The position numbers were made by a program, and so were the translations under genes. A DNA stretch of 64,000 nucleotides, from NCBI GenBank assembly GCA_973851085.1, contig OZ316775.1, forward strand, positions 18,104,001 to 18,168,000, given 5' to 3'. The stretch comes from Ptychomitrium polyphyllum (lineage: Eukaryota). Of the stretch, positions 47,897-60,061 are shown in pieces. Every line of letters starts with the position of its first letter. The stretch's first letter is position 1. The notes beneath the pieces are model-generated. The model saw only the letters and a program-made list of their open reading frames with translations, did no database searches and was not told the origin of the DNA.

Positions 47897-50155
47897 TTAC
47901 GGCAATTTGTCTGCCTCCCTACAATCTGAGGTTGGCTTGGGAGCTTCATCGCCAGGCGTAGCTGCTCTGGTGGCCTTGACTTTGTTTCTCCGAGCTTTCC
48001 GTGCAGATTTCTTGTTGCCTGAAACAGGAGCTTCCTTTCGTTGGCTGGACTCCCATTCCCTAAGTATGTCTGCTATAGCTGTATGTTTGTGTCTCTTGGC
48101 CACATCAACTGCACGATATCCATAATCGTTTGAAACATCCAGCGACGCTCCTGCTCGAAGTAATCTCTCAATGAACCAAATAGAGCCCTTTTGGGCTGCT
48201 ATATGAAGTGCTGTCTGTCCATATCGATTCTGCCTATTTAGCAATCTCCGCAACTGCTGTGATGTAGACCTTGCGTTTGGATCCTCCACGTTCGGATCCT
48301 TTGCTATTTCAACACAAGACATAGTCTCTGACTCTCCATTAGTCTGCAACGGCTTAAAGCTGGTAGGCAAGGTAACACTAGCAGAATGAGAGTTGTCAAT
48401 GACTGCAACGTCAGGATCCTTCAACTTGTCAGCCTCTCGGAAATCTGCTGAGCCTAAAGCCATCAAAGGTTGCCCAGTCTGGGCAAAACCCGACCCCAGC
48501 TCAAATCCCGCAGCTTCGAGTAATATCTCTCCCACATGTCGGCGATCTGCGACTGCTGCTGCCATGAGAGGAGTCCATCCATCACCATAAACATCAGCAT
48601 CCTGCCAGTTCACCCCATGCTCATAGCAGTGAGCTAGCATGACGCCTACAGCCGCAGAATGCCCTCTGAGAGCAGCAATATAGAGTGGGGTCTCGCCTGC
48701 TCGATTGCTGGCCAATACGTCAGCTCCACCCTGTAAAAGAAGCTCACAAGCTTGTGCATATCCGGACTCAGCTGCCACAAAAAGGGCTGTACCGCCTGAT
48801 GAATCTTTCATTCCAACTGCCACAGCACCTATCTCTAGAAGGCCAGCGATCATGGGCACATCGCCACGTGCAGCAGCTATATGCAAAGGTGTCCTCTTTC
48901 TCATATCAGAGCAGTTCGCCGCTCCACGGAGACCAAAAGCAACATCCTCCGTCAAAGAATTCCATCTGCTCTCATTTAGGGGAAAATTTAAAAGGGCAGC
49001 CAAATTCCTACCACCAGCACTTCCAGACTTGACCTTTTCCAGTCCATCAAGGACCCAGGCAGCTGCTGCCACAGAACTCTCCTCACAAAAATCCCAAATT
49101 TGAATCGTCTCTTTGGTATCCTGCTCCCGCACCGCTTGAACAACTGCAGAGGTAAAGAACGTCAATTCAAGCACTCGTAGCCTTGGAAGTAGCTCAATTA
49201 TTCTAAGTAATGTCGAGAATGTTGAGGAAATGGTGTCTTGTGACACAGCTTCAATCCTGCTAAGCCCTAGAGCTTGAACAGATCCACCCAAAAGTAGGAG
49301 CTCAAGATGGGCACATAGCATGGCCACAGAGATCAAATCAGAAGCAGCGAGACCAGCGCAGTTGTTTAGGGCAAGAATTCGTAGCCCTGATCCAATGCCT
49401 ATGTTCCCAAAACTCTTTACAAGATCACCATTATCCCGAATCAATTCCCTCTCGCATTCGTCATCTGGAGTTTCTTGTGTATTTGAATCGTTCCGACGAA
49501 TATCTAGACTATCTAGATGACTGAGCAGCAAGCTTCGCATTCTTGAACCATCGGCTGCAGAGGCCAGAAGAAGGTTCCCAGTTGATGAAGATCTCAAACC
49601 AAAGCACCTCTGGAGACTTAAGCTAAATGGTCCAGACTTCACTGAAGCTGCAAGCATATCTGCACCAGCACTTGTTAATTTTTGGCAGTTGTCCAGGATC
49701 AGACGCTCCAAACATCGCAAATTTGCCAAAATCGCAGCTACGTCGTCATCTAAAATGAAGCACCCTGCCAGATCAAGCTCTCGAGTGGCACACATATGTG
49801 TTCGAATGGAGCCCAAGGCTGCCCGAGTCCAAGAGCCTGCTGTCTGTGGAGTAACCCTAACGCTATTTGATAATGCGTCTTCGCCATTAGCTGCAGTTGT
49901 TTCACCAAACTGTCGATGTCGCAAGCGAAGGCGAAATGGTGCAGTGCGAACAAGAAACCAGAAAAGTCGGCATGTGCCAAAAGCCGAAACAACATCTACA
50001 GGGTCCCCCAGGTGCGCCAGTATTGAACTCAACACAACAGCAGGAAGGTCCGTAATATGAGTACCCTGTTCTCCATCGCCTCTGGCCATCAACGCTCGCC
50101 TCAATCCCGCAGATGGTTCCAAAGCACCAACAGAACTCCCTGAAGCCTCATCCAT
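47897..50155 (-). CDS. Intronless ~752-aa protein: N-terminal F-box-like motif, cysteine-containing LRRs, C-terminal ankyrin repeats
   Basis: F-box-like ITDLPAVVLSSILAHL. LRRs ELDLAGC, LERLILDNC and LRILALNNC. Ankyrin repeats RTPLHIAAARG, GTALFVAAESG, GETPLYIAALRG, GWTPLMAAA and GQTALHIAAQKG. The first ATG is at 50155. Confidence 0.88.
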   Translation of the reverse strand: MDEASGSSVGALEPSAGLRRALMARGDGEQGTHITDLPAVVLSSILAHLGDPVDVVSAFGTCRLFWFLVRTAPFRLRLRHRQFGETTAANGEDALSNSVRVTPQTAGSWTRAALGSIRTHMCATRELDLAGCFILDDDVAAILANLRCLERLILDNCQKLTSAGADMLAASVKSGPFSLSLQRCFGLRSSSTGNLLLASAADGSRMRSLLLSHLDSLDIRRNDSNTQETPDDECERELIRDNGDLVKSFGNIGIGSGLRILALNNCAGLAASDLISVAMLCAHLELLLLGGSVQALGLSRIEAVSQDTISSTFSTLLRIIELLPRLRVLELTFFTSAVVQAVREQDTKETIQIWDFCEESSVAAAAWVLDGLEKVKSGSAGGRNLAALLNFPLNESRWNSLTEDVAFGLRGAANCSDMRKRTPLHIAAARGDVPMIAGLLEIGAVAVGMKDSSGGTALFVAAESGYAQACELLLQGGADVLASNRAGETPLYIAALRGHSAAVGVMLAHCYEHGVNWQDADVYGDGWTPLMAAAVADRRHVGEILLEAAGFELGSGFAQTGQPLMALGSADFREADKLKDPDVAVIDNSHSASVTLPTSFKPLQTNGESETMSCVEIAKDPNVEDPNARSTSQQLRRLLNRQNRYGQTALHIAAQKGSIWFIERLLRAGASLDVSNDYGYRAVDVAKRHKHTAIADILREWESSQRKEAPVSGNKKSARKARRNKVKATRAATPGDEAPKPTSDCREADKLP

Positions 50156-53100
50156 GGCGTTCACGTTGAGATGCTCACCACTCAATGGTTGACGCAAAAT
50201 TCCCGCAACCCTGTCTGCGAAGTAACCACCCTTGAGAGCAGACGCCTTGAACTGCTCTTATGTCTCTAAACCCTAAACCATGCTTGGATAACATTCCTGC
50301 AAACTGGTGACCGTCTCTTTACATTCACACAATCATTGAACCTGGAGAGTGAGGCCCCTGAAAGGCTAAGCTCCTCCTAAGCTGCTGATCCTCCACAAGA
50401 ATAGGCTTTACTGTCGATTAACTGGAGACCCGTCTCTCCAATCACATCACATCACCTCGGAGTAGGTGGCTGTGGTAGCCACAACAATACTCTCGCTGAC
50501 GTTCTCGTTGCGAATATAAGCAAATTGCGTCTGGAATTTACTACCAACTTTCCCAAAATGCTTCAGCGCCCACCACCAACTTCCTCACCCTCAAGTACCC
50601 CACAGCAGCAAAGTCTCACCGTCAAAAATCCACACTCCTAGAGCAGCGCCGCCTTAACGTCCAAATCCCATGAAATCCATTTAGCATCCATTCACCATTC
50701 ACTCAATACCGTAACCTGAAAAAAAGAGCAAAACCAAGAAACAATAAAAACATAGCAACAACTGCAAAGAAAATTCTCCTCAAAGTGGACCACAATAAAG
50801 AAACAACACCATGCATCCACGCCCAGAATCCTATTCGAGGGACAAAAACCTACTACTTCGATGTCCCATCGAGGTGTGTCTTGCTTCTTTTGTGGTCTGT
50901 TTGACGAGGGTTTGGGAGTTCCATCATCGTTCTCTCTCATCAACGAAGTGTTAAATAACTTACTCTCGAAGTTATGAGCACATAGCAAACTTACTTTTCC
51001 CAAAAGCGAAAACGTGGCACCCGTCAAAACGCTCTATGTCCCTCCCCATCGCTGGTGTGATCAGGCGGGACGTTCATCTGGTAGGCCTCCACGTGAGCAG
51101 AAGCTGCGGCAATCACACTCAAGAACCTGATTCTTTGAATCATCGTCGGGGCTGTTGGCTTTGTCTGTGATGGAGAAAAAAGATGGGATGTACGAACAGA
51201 TCCTATTTAAGCAAGATAATACTTTTTTTACACGCTCTTATATAGAAGCCATTAATTGCGGCACCCAATACTACGGGTTTTTCGCAAGTAGTACGACTTA
51301 TCTTTTGCATAGGCAGGTGAAGAACAAAAGAGTCATTTTACAGGATCTGTTTCTTGAGCTCAAGCGCGTGCGTAAAGGATAGCTTGGAGCTTGCAGGGAA
51401 ACTTTAAGTTTTAGGGTTGTATTCTGCTGAAAGTTTTGAAGATTCTGAACCATGTTGAATGCAGTGGTGAAGATGTGACTTGCGTTTGAGCTTGAATAAG
51501 GCATTTTACCGGGGGACAGTGAGCGGCCTAAGTTTGCAATTTAGATTGGAAGCATTGGGAAAGATTAAGTGAAGCTGGAGTGCGAGATTGAGCAGCTGCT
51601 GGGAAGGGTAGCAGAGGAATAGCAGCCCACTGGCGAGTTGGGGAAGTATGAATTGTAATAGTTCAATTCTCTTGGGGCTGAAATGGTCCCTTGACACCAT
51701 ACATCGACTCTCCTCGCCATTGCAGATCTTGTACATGCTCGTCTCTTGCACTCATCTACCGCAAACATACCGCAGATCCCTGGCTCTGATTACAGCAGCA
51801 CTATCTGCATCCACCCTCTCAAAATGGAGAATGGCTGAAAATCAGGTTGCATGTGAACCAACATCAAAGCTTTCAATTTGGAATGCGATTCACTCGCAAT
51901 GGTTTGAATCGGAATTCAATAGTCTCAAAGACCTAAAGTGTTCGTGTGGCACAGAGTCTCAACACAAGAGGAAAGGGTTTTCAATGCCGTTTCTGACTTC
52001 AAAACCTTTCTACATAGTCAAGGCTACTGGAAAAACGATTTAAAGGCTCGAACCATACTATGCAAAATCGCACCCCAGGATTTTTTATTTACTAAAAATT
52101 CCTATGTACTCAGGAAGCTGCTGCTTTCGAAGCATTAGTCCTTTTCTCTTTTTTGTCGTTCTTTTCTTTCTTCGTCAAAGAGTCCATGTGTGCCTTCAAA
52201 ACAGTTGCATATGAAGTTTGAAATTTTAAATGATTCTTGGCCGTAAGCTGCATGCATTAATCCAATGACTGTCAAATCATCATGACCAAAAAGTTCAACT
52301 CTCAACTGCTGCCAAACTTACTAGCAGATTCAAAATAAGAAAAGAAACAGGACATTAATGTTTAGTGGTCCCAGAAAGAAAGGAAAAAAATAAAAAATAA
52401 AAAACTTAGAGAAGAGCGTGCACACATTGTTTAAAAGTGATTCATATCGTGCCCGAATTTCTCGACTGCTCGTACAAGTTTCGTAAGCTCATTCAAGAAC
52501 GGATCCAGTTCCAAAAGCACGTGCAAGCCAATGCACATCATCAATGACCTCACCTTCTAACTCCAAATCAATACAATGTGCCCACTGCTCTATGCCTCAT
52601 CTCAAACCCTAGTCTCAGAATTCAACAAGTAAGCATGAAGACCATCAAACCGGAGCAGTACCACGTCAACAGACCCATCGCAAGGACATCCATGTACAAA
52701 CACCGCACAGAACAGAAGGTGCAAGCCTTCGGGAAAAACAACACCCCTTCCTCCATCATAACAGAAACGGATGATCCTACACTGTGCAACATCAGTGAGC
52801 ACGCACCATTACCCTGACTGCGCCCCTTGTTTGATGCGGTGATGCACGCCACAAACGCTCTGTACCCCTCACTTCGTTAAATCAAAGCGAAACCCTAGCA
52901 TGAAACGGAAAGAGAAGAAAACGAAAACGAAAAGAAAATAACAGAGATGGGAAGGGCAGGGAAGGGAAGGGACCAGGTGAAGAGCGCCTCCGCAGGGGTT
53001 CCACGTTCAGAGCATTCTCCTCTGCCTGTGCCTGCCCCTGCCCCTGCCCCTGCCCCTCCCTTCCATATTCTATGAAATTCAAGTCTCAATTTTTACTTTG

Positions 53101-53277
53101 CTTTGAGTTTCAGAGGCAGACTCTTCCCTTCTGGTACTCTTCCCTTTCTCAATTCTTTTATAAAATCTACACAAGTTTTTTTCATTATTTTTTTATTTTT
53201 TAGTTTTATTTTCTTAGTCTTTTTTTTATTCAGTTTTCGGTTGAGATGTAGAGTAGCATATTTTACACTTCTTTGTG

Positions 53278-53377
53278 NNNNNNNNNNNNNNNNNNNNNNN
53301 NNNNNNNNNNNNNNNNNNNNNNNNNNNNNNNNNNNNNNNNNNNNNNNNNNNNNNNNNNNNNNNNNNNNNNNNNNNNN
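53278..53377. other. Assembly gap (100 N)
   Basis: Run of 100 N characters. Confidence 1.
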
Positions 53378-55474
53378 AATTCGAGAACAGGACTACAGTT
53401 CGTCTCCAAGTAGTATACGATGCAAAACATTTTGTACAATTGAATACCTTTAGCTGGAATGGTCTCGAATACCAGTGGCACAAAGGGAAATAGAAAGCTG
53501 GTAACAAGGTGATGGGGACTAGAACGTTGGAATCCCATCAAAGCTGGGAATGCAGGGGGCTCGCCAATGGAATAAGAGGAAGTTGGAAACCGCTTTGGGT
53601 ATCCTGAAAGTCCCAGGAATGGGTTCCCCTGATCCTGCCTCGTGCCTCAGTTCCCAAGGTACCTGATCATTTTGGTCACGTGGTAGTTGGTCATCCAATT
53701 GGCAACCTTACAATTTCCCCTCGCTTGTACAGGCTACACTCCTCTAGTGACCAGTTGCATCAGGCGAGGCGACGCTGGTGATTCATTGTCACCTACCCTC
53801 CCCCAACTTCTTACCCAGCTCGTCTGCCATGACGTTGCTTGTGTGGACCCATCTCTCGTGTATGGAGGCCAACGACTAGCTGAGTCCGAGTGGGCTGTAT
53901 CCAGCTCTATTGTTCACAGGATCAACCAAACTGGAGGAAAACTTTCCCTACCCTAGGCCCTCCCTTCAGACTAAATTTTCATAGCCTTAATCCCCAAAAC
54001 CAGATTGTCACCACTCAGAATTAGTCATGCTGCTTTAACTTTCACTTAAAGAATCACTAGAAATAACCTCAGTAAAATTCTAAATCTTTGAATAAGAACA
54101 GAAATCCATAGAAGGAATGAGCAAATGACGTGGTGTGAAGGGAATTATTCATGAGTACCGTATTCACACATTTAGTTCACACTTAATTCAGCCTGCAAGA
54201 ACAACTTTTATGTGAATTGAGAAGAACAATATATTCAAATAAATGAATGGGGTGCCAACTTCCAAGTTCCAACAAATCATGACACTCAATTGATCCCTGT
54301 GACTTTGATTATGTGATTGAGATCGACCGCACCGTACATGCCAGAGTACACAGCAGGTTCAGTTCTTGTTTCTTTTATCAAAGTGATTCCTCTACTTGTA
54401 ACCTCAACCTACATTATATCCATAATTTAGGTATTGCATGAATTTTGATCTTCATCATACTGTAAAGTATTTGTTGTCATCATCTTTAAAACGAACTCAA
54501 GACTACTTTCACTCTTAAATCAGCTTGAAAATAAAAGTAAAAATACAGACATAATTCTTCATATCAGGTTCAACATTTGAATTAAGTAAAATCAAAGTCT
54601 TTATTTGGTGGTTAACTGCAATAGAAAATTTTCCGTATTCATAAGATCCCATAATCTTCTAGGTACAAAGTTGTAACTTTTACCTTTATTATTGAAGTTC
54701 ATCTTGCCTTGTTGAAACTACATTTGTACCTAACTTCCAATCCCTCAAACCAACCCCACTAACCATCTAATCATATTATTAAATAGGGATATTAAACTAT
54801 AGGACTTTATAGGCAATGTAACACCCCTATGTAGTGCTGGAAGAAACAAGCAATCCCTAGAGATGGCTTTTGCCCACCAAACTGGCTATCGAATGAATGT
54901 GGATAATTGTGGGATAATTGTGCCAGTGGGATAAATTTGAATAGGGGGAGAGAATGGGGACGGTGGTAACGAACAATGATGCAGCCTGGGTGAAGTTGAT
55001 GAGCCTTCTCATGTACGGTACAAGTATAAACAGGGCTCAATGCGCCCCAGCGGTCTCTGTCTTGCACGAGCGCCACCCGCCCACCGCTCGTCTCACGCAG
55101 ACCCTTCAAGCACTCTCTCGACGCGGTCTGAAATATACCCGGGGATACTCGGGTTATACTGGTGCACTACACATATGGTACCCGGGTGAGGTGTCCTGTT
55201 TTCTGTAACGAGAAGGCGATTGCGTTGCGAAGCTGTTTGCAGCTCGGAGGATCCGTCCCGTGTGTCCGCTTCCTCTCTCTCGCTGGAACTCTCACGAGCC
55301 GGACTCGTGCACAGGAGCTTCCGCGTTTGAACCGGCCTCGCAGTCGGCATTTGGAGGGAACAGCGCTTTCTCACCAATAGCGTGGGAATTGAGAGCGTGC
55401 CGTGACGCAATTGCCACATCGTCTTGTGATGTACGTAAGTGCCTTCGGAGATCCTCCATCTTTCAGTCTTCGAG

Positions 55475-55880
55475 AGGATGTTGATGAAGCTTTAGTTCCG
55501 TTTTCCATCTTTTGTATCTCGATCATGGCTGCAATGTGACTCGTGTCGATAAGACTCGACAGAATGACGGCGTTGACCAGCATGAGATGGTGTAATATTA
55601 TGGTGAAAGTGTCTTCGTGGATTGTCGTTGAGTTGCCATGCCAGGAGAGGACGGTGATGGAGCTTTGGTTTTGTTTTATTGATCTTTTGTATCTCGTAGC
55701 TGCAACGTGTGCTTTGTCCTCGTGATAAGGAGCATCTTACTAGAGTGACGTTGACGAACATAAGTTGGTGTAATATTGTGGTGAAAGTGTCTCCTGGAGT
55801 TATTGTTGCAGGGGTGGACGTTGGTGAAGCTTTTCTATTTTTTATGATTTTGTATCTCGTAGATGCAATGTGCCTCGTCC
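55475..55880. repeat. ~2.5 diverged tandem copies of a ~165-175-bp unit upstream of the XTH CDS
   Basis: TTTGTATCTCG occurs at 55511, 55686 and 55849. GGTGTAATATT(A/G)TGGTGAAAGTGTCT occurs at ~55589 and ~55767. Confidence 0.8.
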
Positions 55881-56298
55881 CGGCGTTGAGAAGCTCGAAG
55901 TATGTGTTCATGCTGAGGAGTTTGTGGCGCTTTTACAGTTCAGTTGCTTCAGCGGTTGGAGTTGTGACGAGTGTGACGCTGTGCTGAGTCGTTTCTTCGG
56001 TTGTAATTTCGTGCGTGTGGCGTCTACAGCGTTTTTCAATGTCAGATGCCGAAGTCAGATGTATATAGCACATTTTGGTCGTGGAGTGAATAGGTTGTAA
56101 CGGAGAGCAATTCGTTATGGCGGACTGTAGCTGGAGAAGAGTTAGTAGCTCGGATTGTAGTTATCTCAAAGAACCGGGATCGGAGAGGTTGGAATTTTCT
56201 TTCTACTGCGAGTCTATGAGTTGAGAGAATTTTCGTGAACGACGTTGTTGCCGGTGCAGCTGAAACGTGAAGGATAAAGAACCGTCCGTGTGGAGAGC

Positions 56299-58223
56299 AT
56301 GGATGAAGCGGCTGGGATTTCGAGAATTACATTTTCTTCAGTCTGCTGGAAGGGCTTGTTGTGGTATGTCCTCCTCTTGCAACTGCCGATTTCAGCAACT
56401 TCGGCGCTGCATCGAAAGCATACTCCCGTTGTTGATGTGAGTGTGTATTCAGAAATTTCTGAGATAAATTCGTCAACGCAAGCGCAGTTCGTGCCGATGT
56501 TCGGGGCGCCTGGAGAGATTGACAGCTCTCGTGATGGTGGTGGTACGATACGGTTGCGCTTGGAAAGTCGGTCAGGTATGATTCTCGTGACAAAGACATT
56601 ACTGCGGATGACCTTCGAGTACAGCAATTTTACTGATATAGTCTAGATCCCTACACCAAGAACTAGTAGAAGATTTCATGTGCTTAGGCTGCCAGTAAGT
56701 AACCATAAAAATGAAGAGAAAACCCTTTTTATCGTAAATAAAAGAGATGGCACTCGAGACTCGACCTATCATAGCCTTAATAAACATGAAGCGTCAAGAA
56801 ATCCCTCCTCTATTGTTGCTACATGAGTGTACCGTTCAATTACGCATCTCTAAATCTCACTGTACCAGGTTTTGCTGCAGGATCTGGAATAGTGTCACAG
56901 AATTCTGTATTCCGTGGATTTTTCAACGCGGCGATCAAGCTACCATGCGGCCTTGGAGGCGACTCTGCCGGCATCGTTTCAGCCTTCTACGTAAGCCTTG
57001 TGACCTATATCACTGATCAATGTTGTCGATCTCAGAAGTCCTTGTTCACAGCAACGCAGAAAGCCTATCGATTCATTTTGATTTCGAGGTGAACAATGAA
57101 ATGCATGTTTGGGACTACATAAGAAGATAATTGTTCGAGAATTTAAAGGTTATACAAGGGAGTCAGTCTTAATTATGAAATTAGCTATTAGGAAAAGAGT
57201 CAAATTCGACATTGTCAAGCACTTTCTTGGTCAAGATAGTTATTCTTGAGCCAATGGTTAGCTATTGACTGCATCTGTACTCCAGTTGGTTTGTAGTTGT
57301 CATCTACTTATGTTTCGAGATGCCGTAGGTTCTTGATACATATGAGTTTTTGTTTAGACTGTTGGGAACACTGAATTACATCGCTTTTAATATTGGATAT
57401 GACAGGCTTCAAATGGAGGGAATTATCCTTCTAATCATGACGAGATCGATATGGAATTCCTCGGAGTTCGACCAGGCCAGCCCTATGTTGTCCAAACCAA
57501 CATATATGCAGATGGCAGCACTGGGACAGGTCGGGAGGAACGCTTCCATCTTTGGTTCGACCCCACAGTTGACTTCCATAACTACAGTATTCTGTGGACT
57601 TATCACCACGTCGTGTGAGTATCCTTCGTCCACTGTATAGAATAATGTAAGAAATCTCTTTGAAATTGCAGCGGACTTCTTTCCCTGGCAGAAATATGGG
57701 ACAATCATCTTTTGCCTTCGGTCTGTAGCCTGAGTCCAGCGCTTCTTGGCAATCGAAGTAGAGTATTAGAGATTGCCACTCACATTCACCATATTTGAGG
57801 TTCTGCAGGTTCTTCATTGACGACATACCAATCCGAAGGTACGTTAATCGTCCAGAGCTGGGGATACAGTACCCTGCGAAGCCTATGAACGCTTACGCAA
57901 CTATTTGGGACGGTTCAACATGGGCCACAGAGGGTGGGCAGTATCATGTGAACTACACTCAGGGACCTTTCGATGCAACGTTTACGAATTTTAGACTGGA
58001 GGGCTGTGCCTGGGATCCGACAATACAAATCACTCCACCTGAATGTGCGTTGCCAACTTATAAAGCTTGGTTTAACGACAACGAAATGCAGGAGATGTCT
58101 GACAAGCAGTTGATTGCCTTGGCGTGGGCTCGCTCAAATTTTATGTGGTACAGTTACTGTGATGACCAAGAACGGTATTCAATGCATGCTCCGCCGGAGT
58201 GTCCTCGGAGACTAGGTTGGTAA
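56299..58223 (+). CDS. XTH: Xyloglucan endotransglucosylase/hydrolase (GH16), group III-like; exons 56299-56575, 56881-56990, 57406-57614, 57809-58223, ~336 aa
   Basis: Catalytic [10 protein letters not shown], plus [27 protein letters not shown] and the XET C-terminal motif [13 protein letters not shown]...PPEC. Exon phases close correctly with GT-AG junctions. Confidence 0.95.
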
Positions 58224-60061
58224 CGTGGGAATCCCTATATTGAACAACATTGTTTTTGTTTAGGTCCTTTTACAAAAAGGTTTTTTGATATTTTTGTACC
58301 TGCGAACGTTATTTCAAAATGCCATTTTCAAATTCTTTATAGATTCGTCACCGGCAGCTAAGCAATGCAGCTTAAACTCAGGTTTTCGGTATTGTTCAAG
58401 CCTCATATATAAAGCGTTATTACTTCTAATAGCATACTGAATTCGGTCCTTGTAACAGGAAATTTGAACAGCATAGTGACTAGCGGGACCCCACCATCTG
58501 CCAGGAAAGGGCCCTGGCGAAAGATACCGAAGTCCAAACCTGTCACAAGGCCGAAGCCAAGAACCCTCCCTCCTATCCTAGGTCACAAGCACAAGAAGAG
58601 GAACAAGCCAACAAAGTTCGAAGCTTTTCACCATCTCCCATATTCTCTATGGAAGACGAAGTTTGAAGTAAAATTGCTGAAGGATGACATAGAAAACTGA
58701 TCAAATTTTAACAACACTTATCTTAGTAACTCCGGCATGTATCATGAGTCTTAAGGTCCTTCAGGTGCGTGTGCACAAAGCCGCCTTATCCTCTAAATTG
58801 CTCATATAGGATAATTCCCATGTCAGAATTTGAAATTGATGTAAGATTTGGTTGACCGCTCAGAGTGAGGCAAAGGCTTCGGATCTGGATTGCATCTTCA
58901 ATCGATGTGGTAGACTCAAGCACTTGATTATTCAGGTTCTTGGCTTAAGCCTTGGAAGCACAATGGTTGGTGTTCACTTGATTCATAATGTCCTCAGCAT
59001 TATCTAACAGGAAAATCGTAACAATGACTAGTATCCCGTATAACCAATCTCTTCAGGTTTTACGAGATGAACTTCACCGATAATGATTTGTTGAGGATTG
59101 ACTACCAATTGTTCTGGGTATTGTAGTGTCAGAAAAATCTACTCAACCGTTGCCTTGTCCTTAGCAATAAAGTCCTATGAAACAGCGCCTGCCACTGTGC
59201 GTGATATACTCGGGCTGCCATCACTTAAATCTTCAGTGACATGCGCATGCTTTCAGATATAGGTGACTTAATCCTTAGTGCATATTCCCTGCAAATTTCT
59301 GTAGAACTCCAACAAGTCAGTTGTTCTGAGTAGATATTGACTTCCAACTTCCTCAAACAATGGTACAATATCCAGGTTAACTTGATGTTTCATACACCAA
59401 TTATAGTTTCTTCAGTTTGGCATGATACAATCAACACACAAAGTTACTCCATAAAAACTGTCTTCAATTGCAGTCCAATAAGTTAATAGTTAACAGAAAC
59501 TCAAATACTGCCGGCTACATTCCTGCTTCAATAAATTCAGTATGTTCAGATGTTTCAAGATCTATTACAAAAAAATTAAAGACTCCTGTTTTCTTACCCT
59601 GATAGAATGTTTCTCAACGCCTTCGACATCTACAAATCTTTCTGAAAGCATCGGCAACAAACTTCAGGGATAAGTAGAAGAATAGATAAAATCATACAAT
59701 GTCCACCCCGATTATGATTCATTCTCTGAAGATAGAAATCAGTAGGAGCTTGCAGACTTGGCCTACAATCATAAGAATAAAAAGAACAAGTATACAATAA
59801 AAGTGCCTGCAATGCGACAAATAAAACTCACTCGATGCTTCATATGTTCCTGGTTTGTAAGTCAGTACAGAAACTCACGAAAAGAGATTTCACGACAAAG
59901 TAACCAAAGATATTGCCAATCGATTACAAAATCTTGAGCTTCAGTAACATCACGGGAAGAAAACTAGTTCTAAAAACCTCACGAACCATATCTGCACAAC
60001 TTTTGCCGGTCACCGTTGAAACGAGAACTATACAAGAAGCCAGTGACTTCAACAACAAACT

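Noticed and set aside
53103..53541. ORFs spanning X runs
   Set aside because: Artefacts of the 100-N gap.
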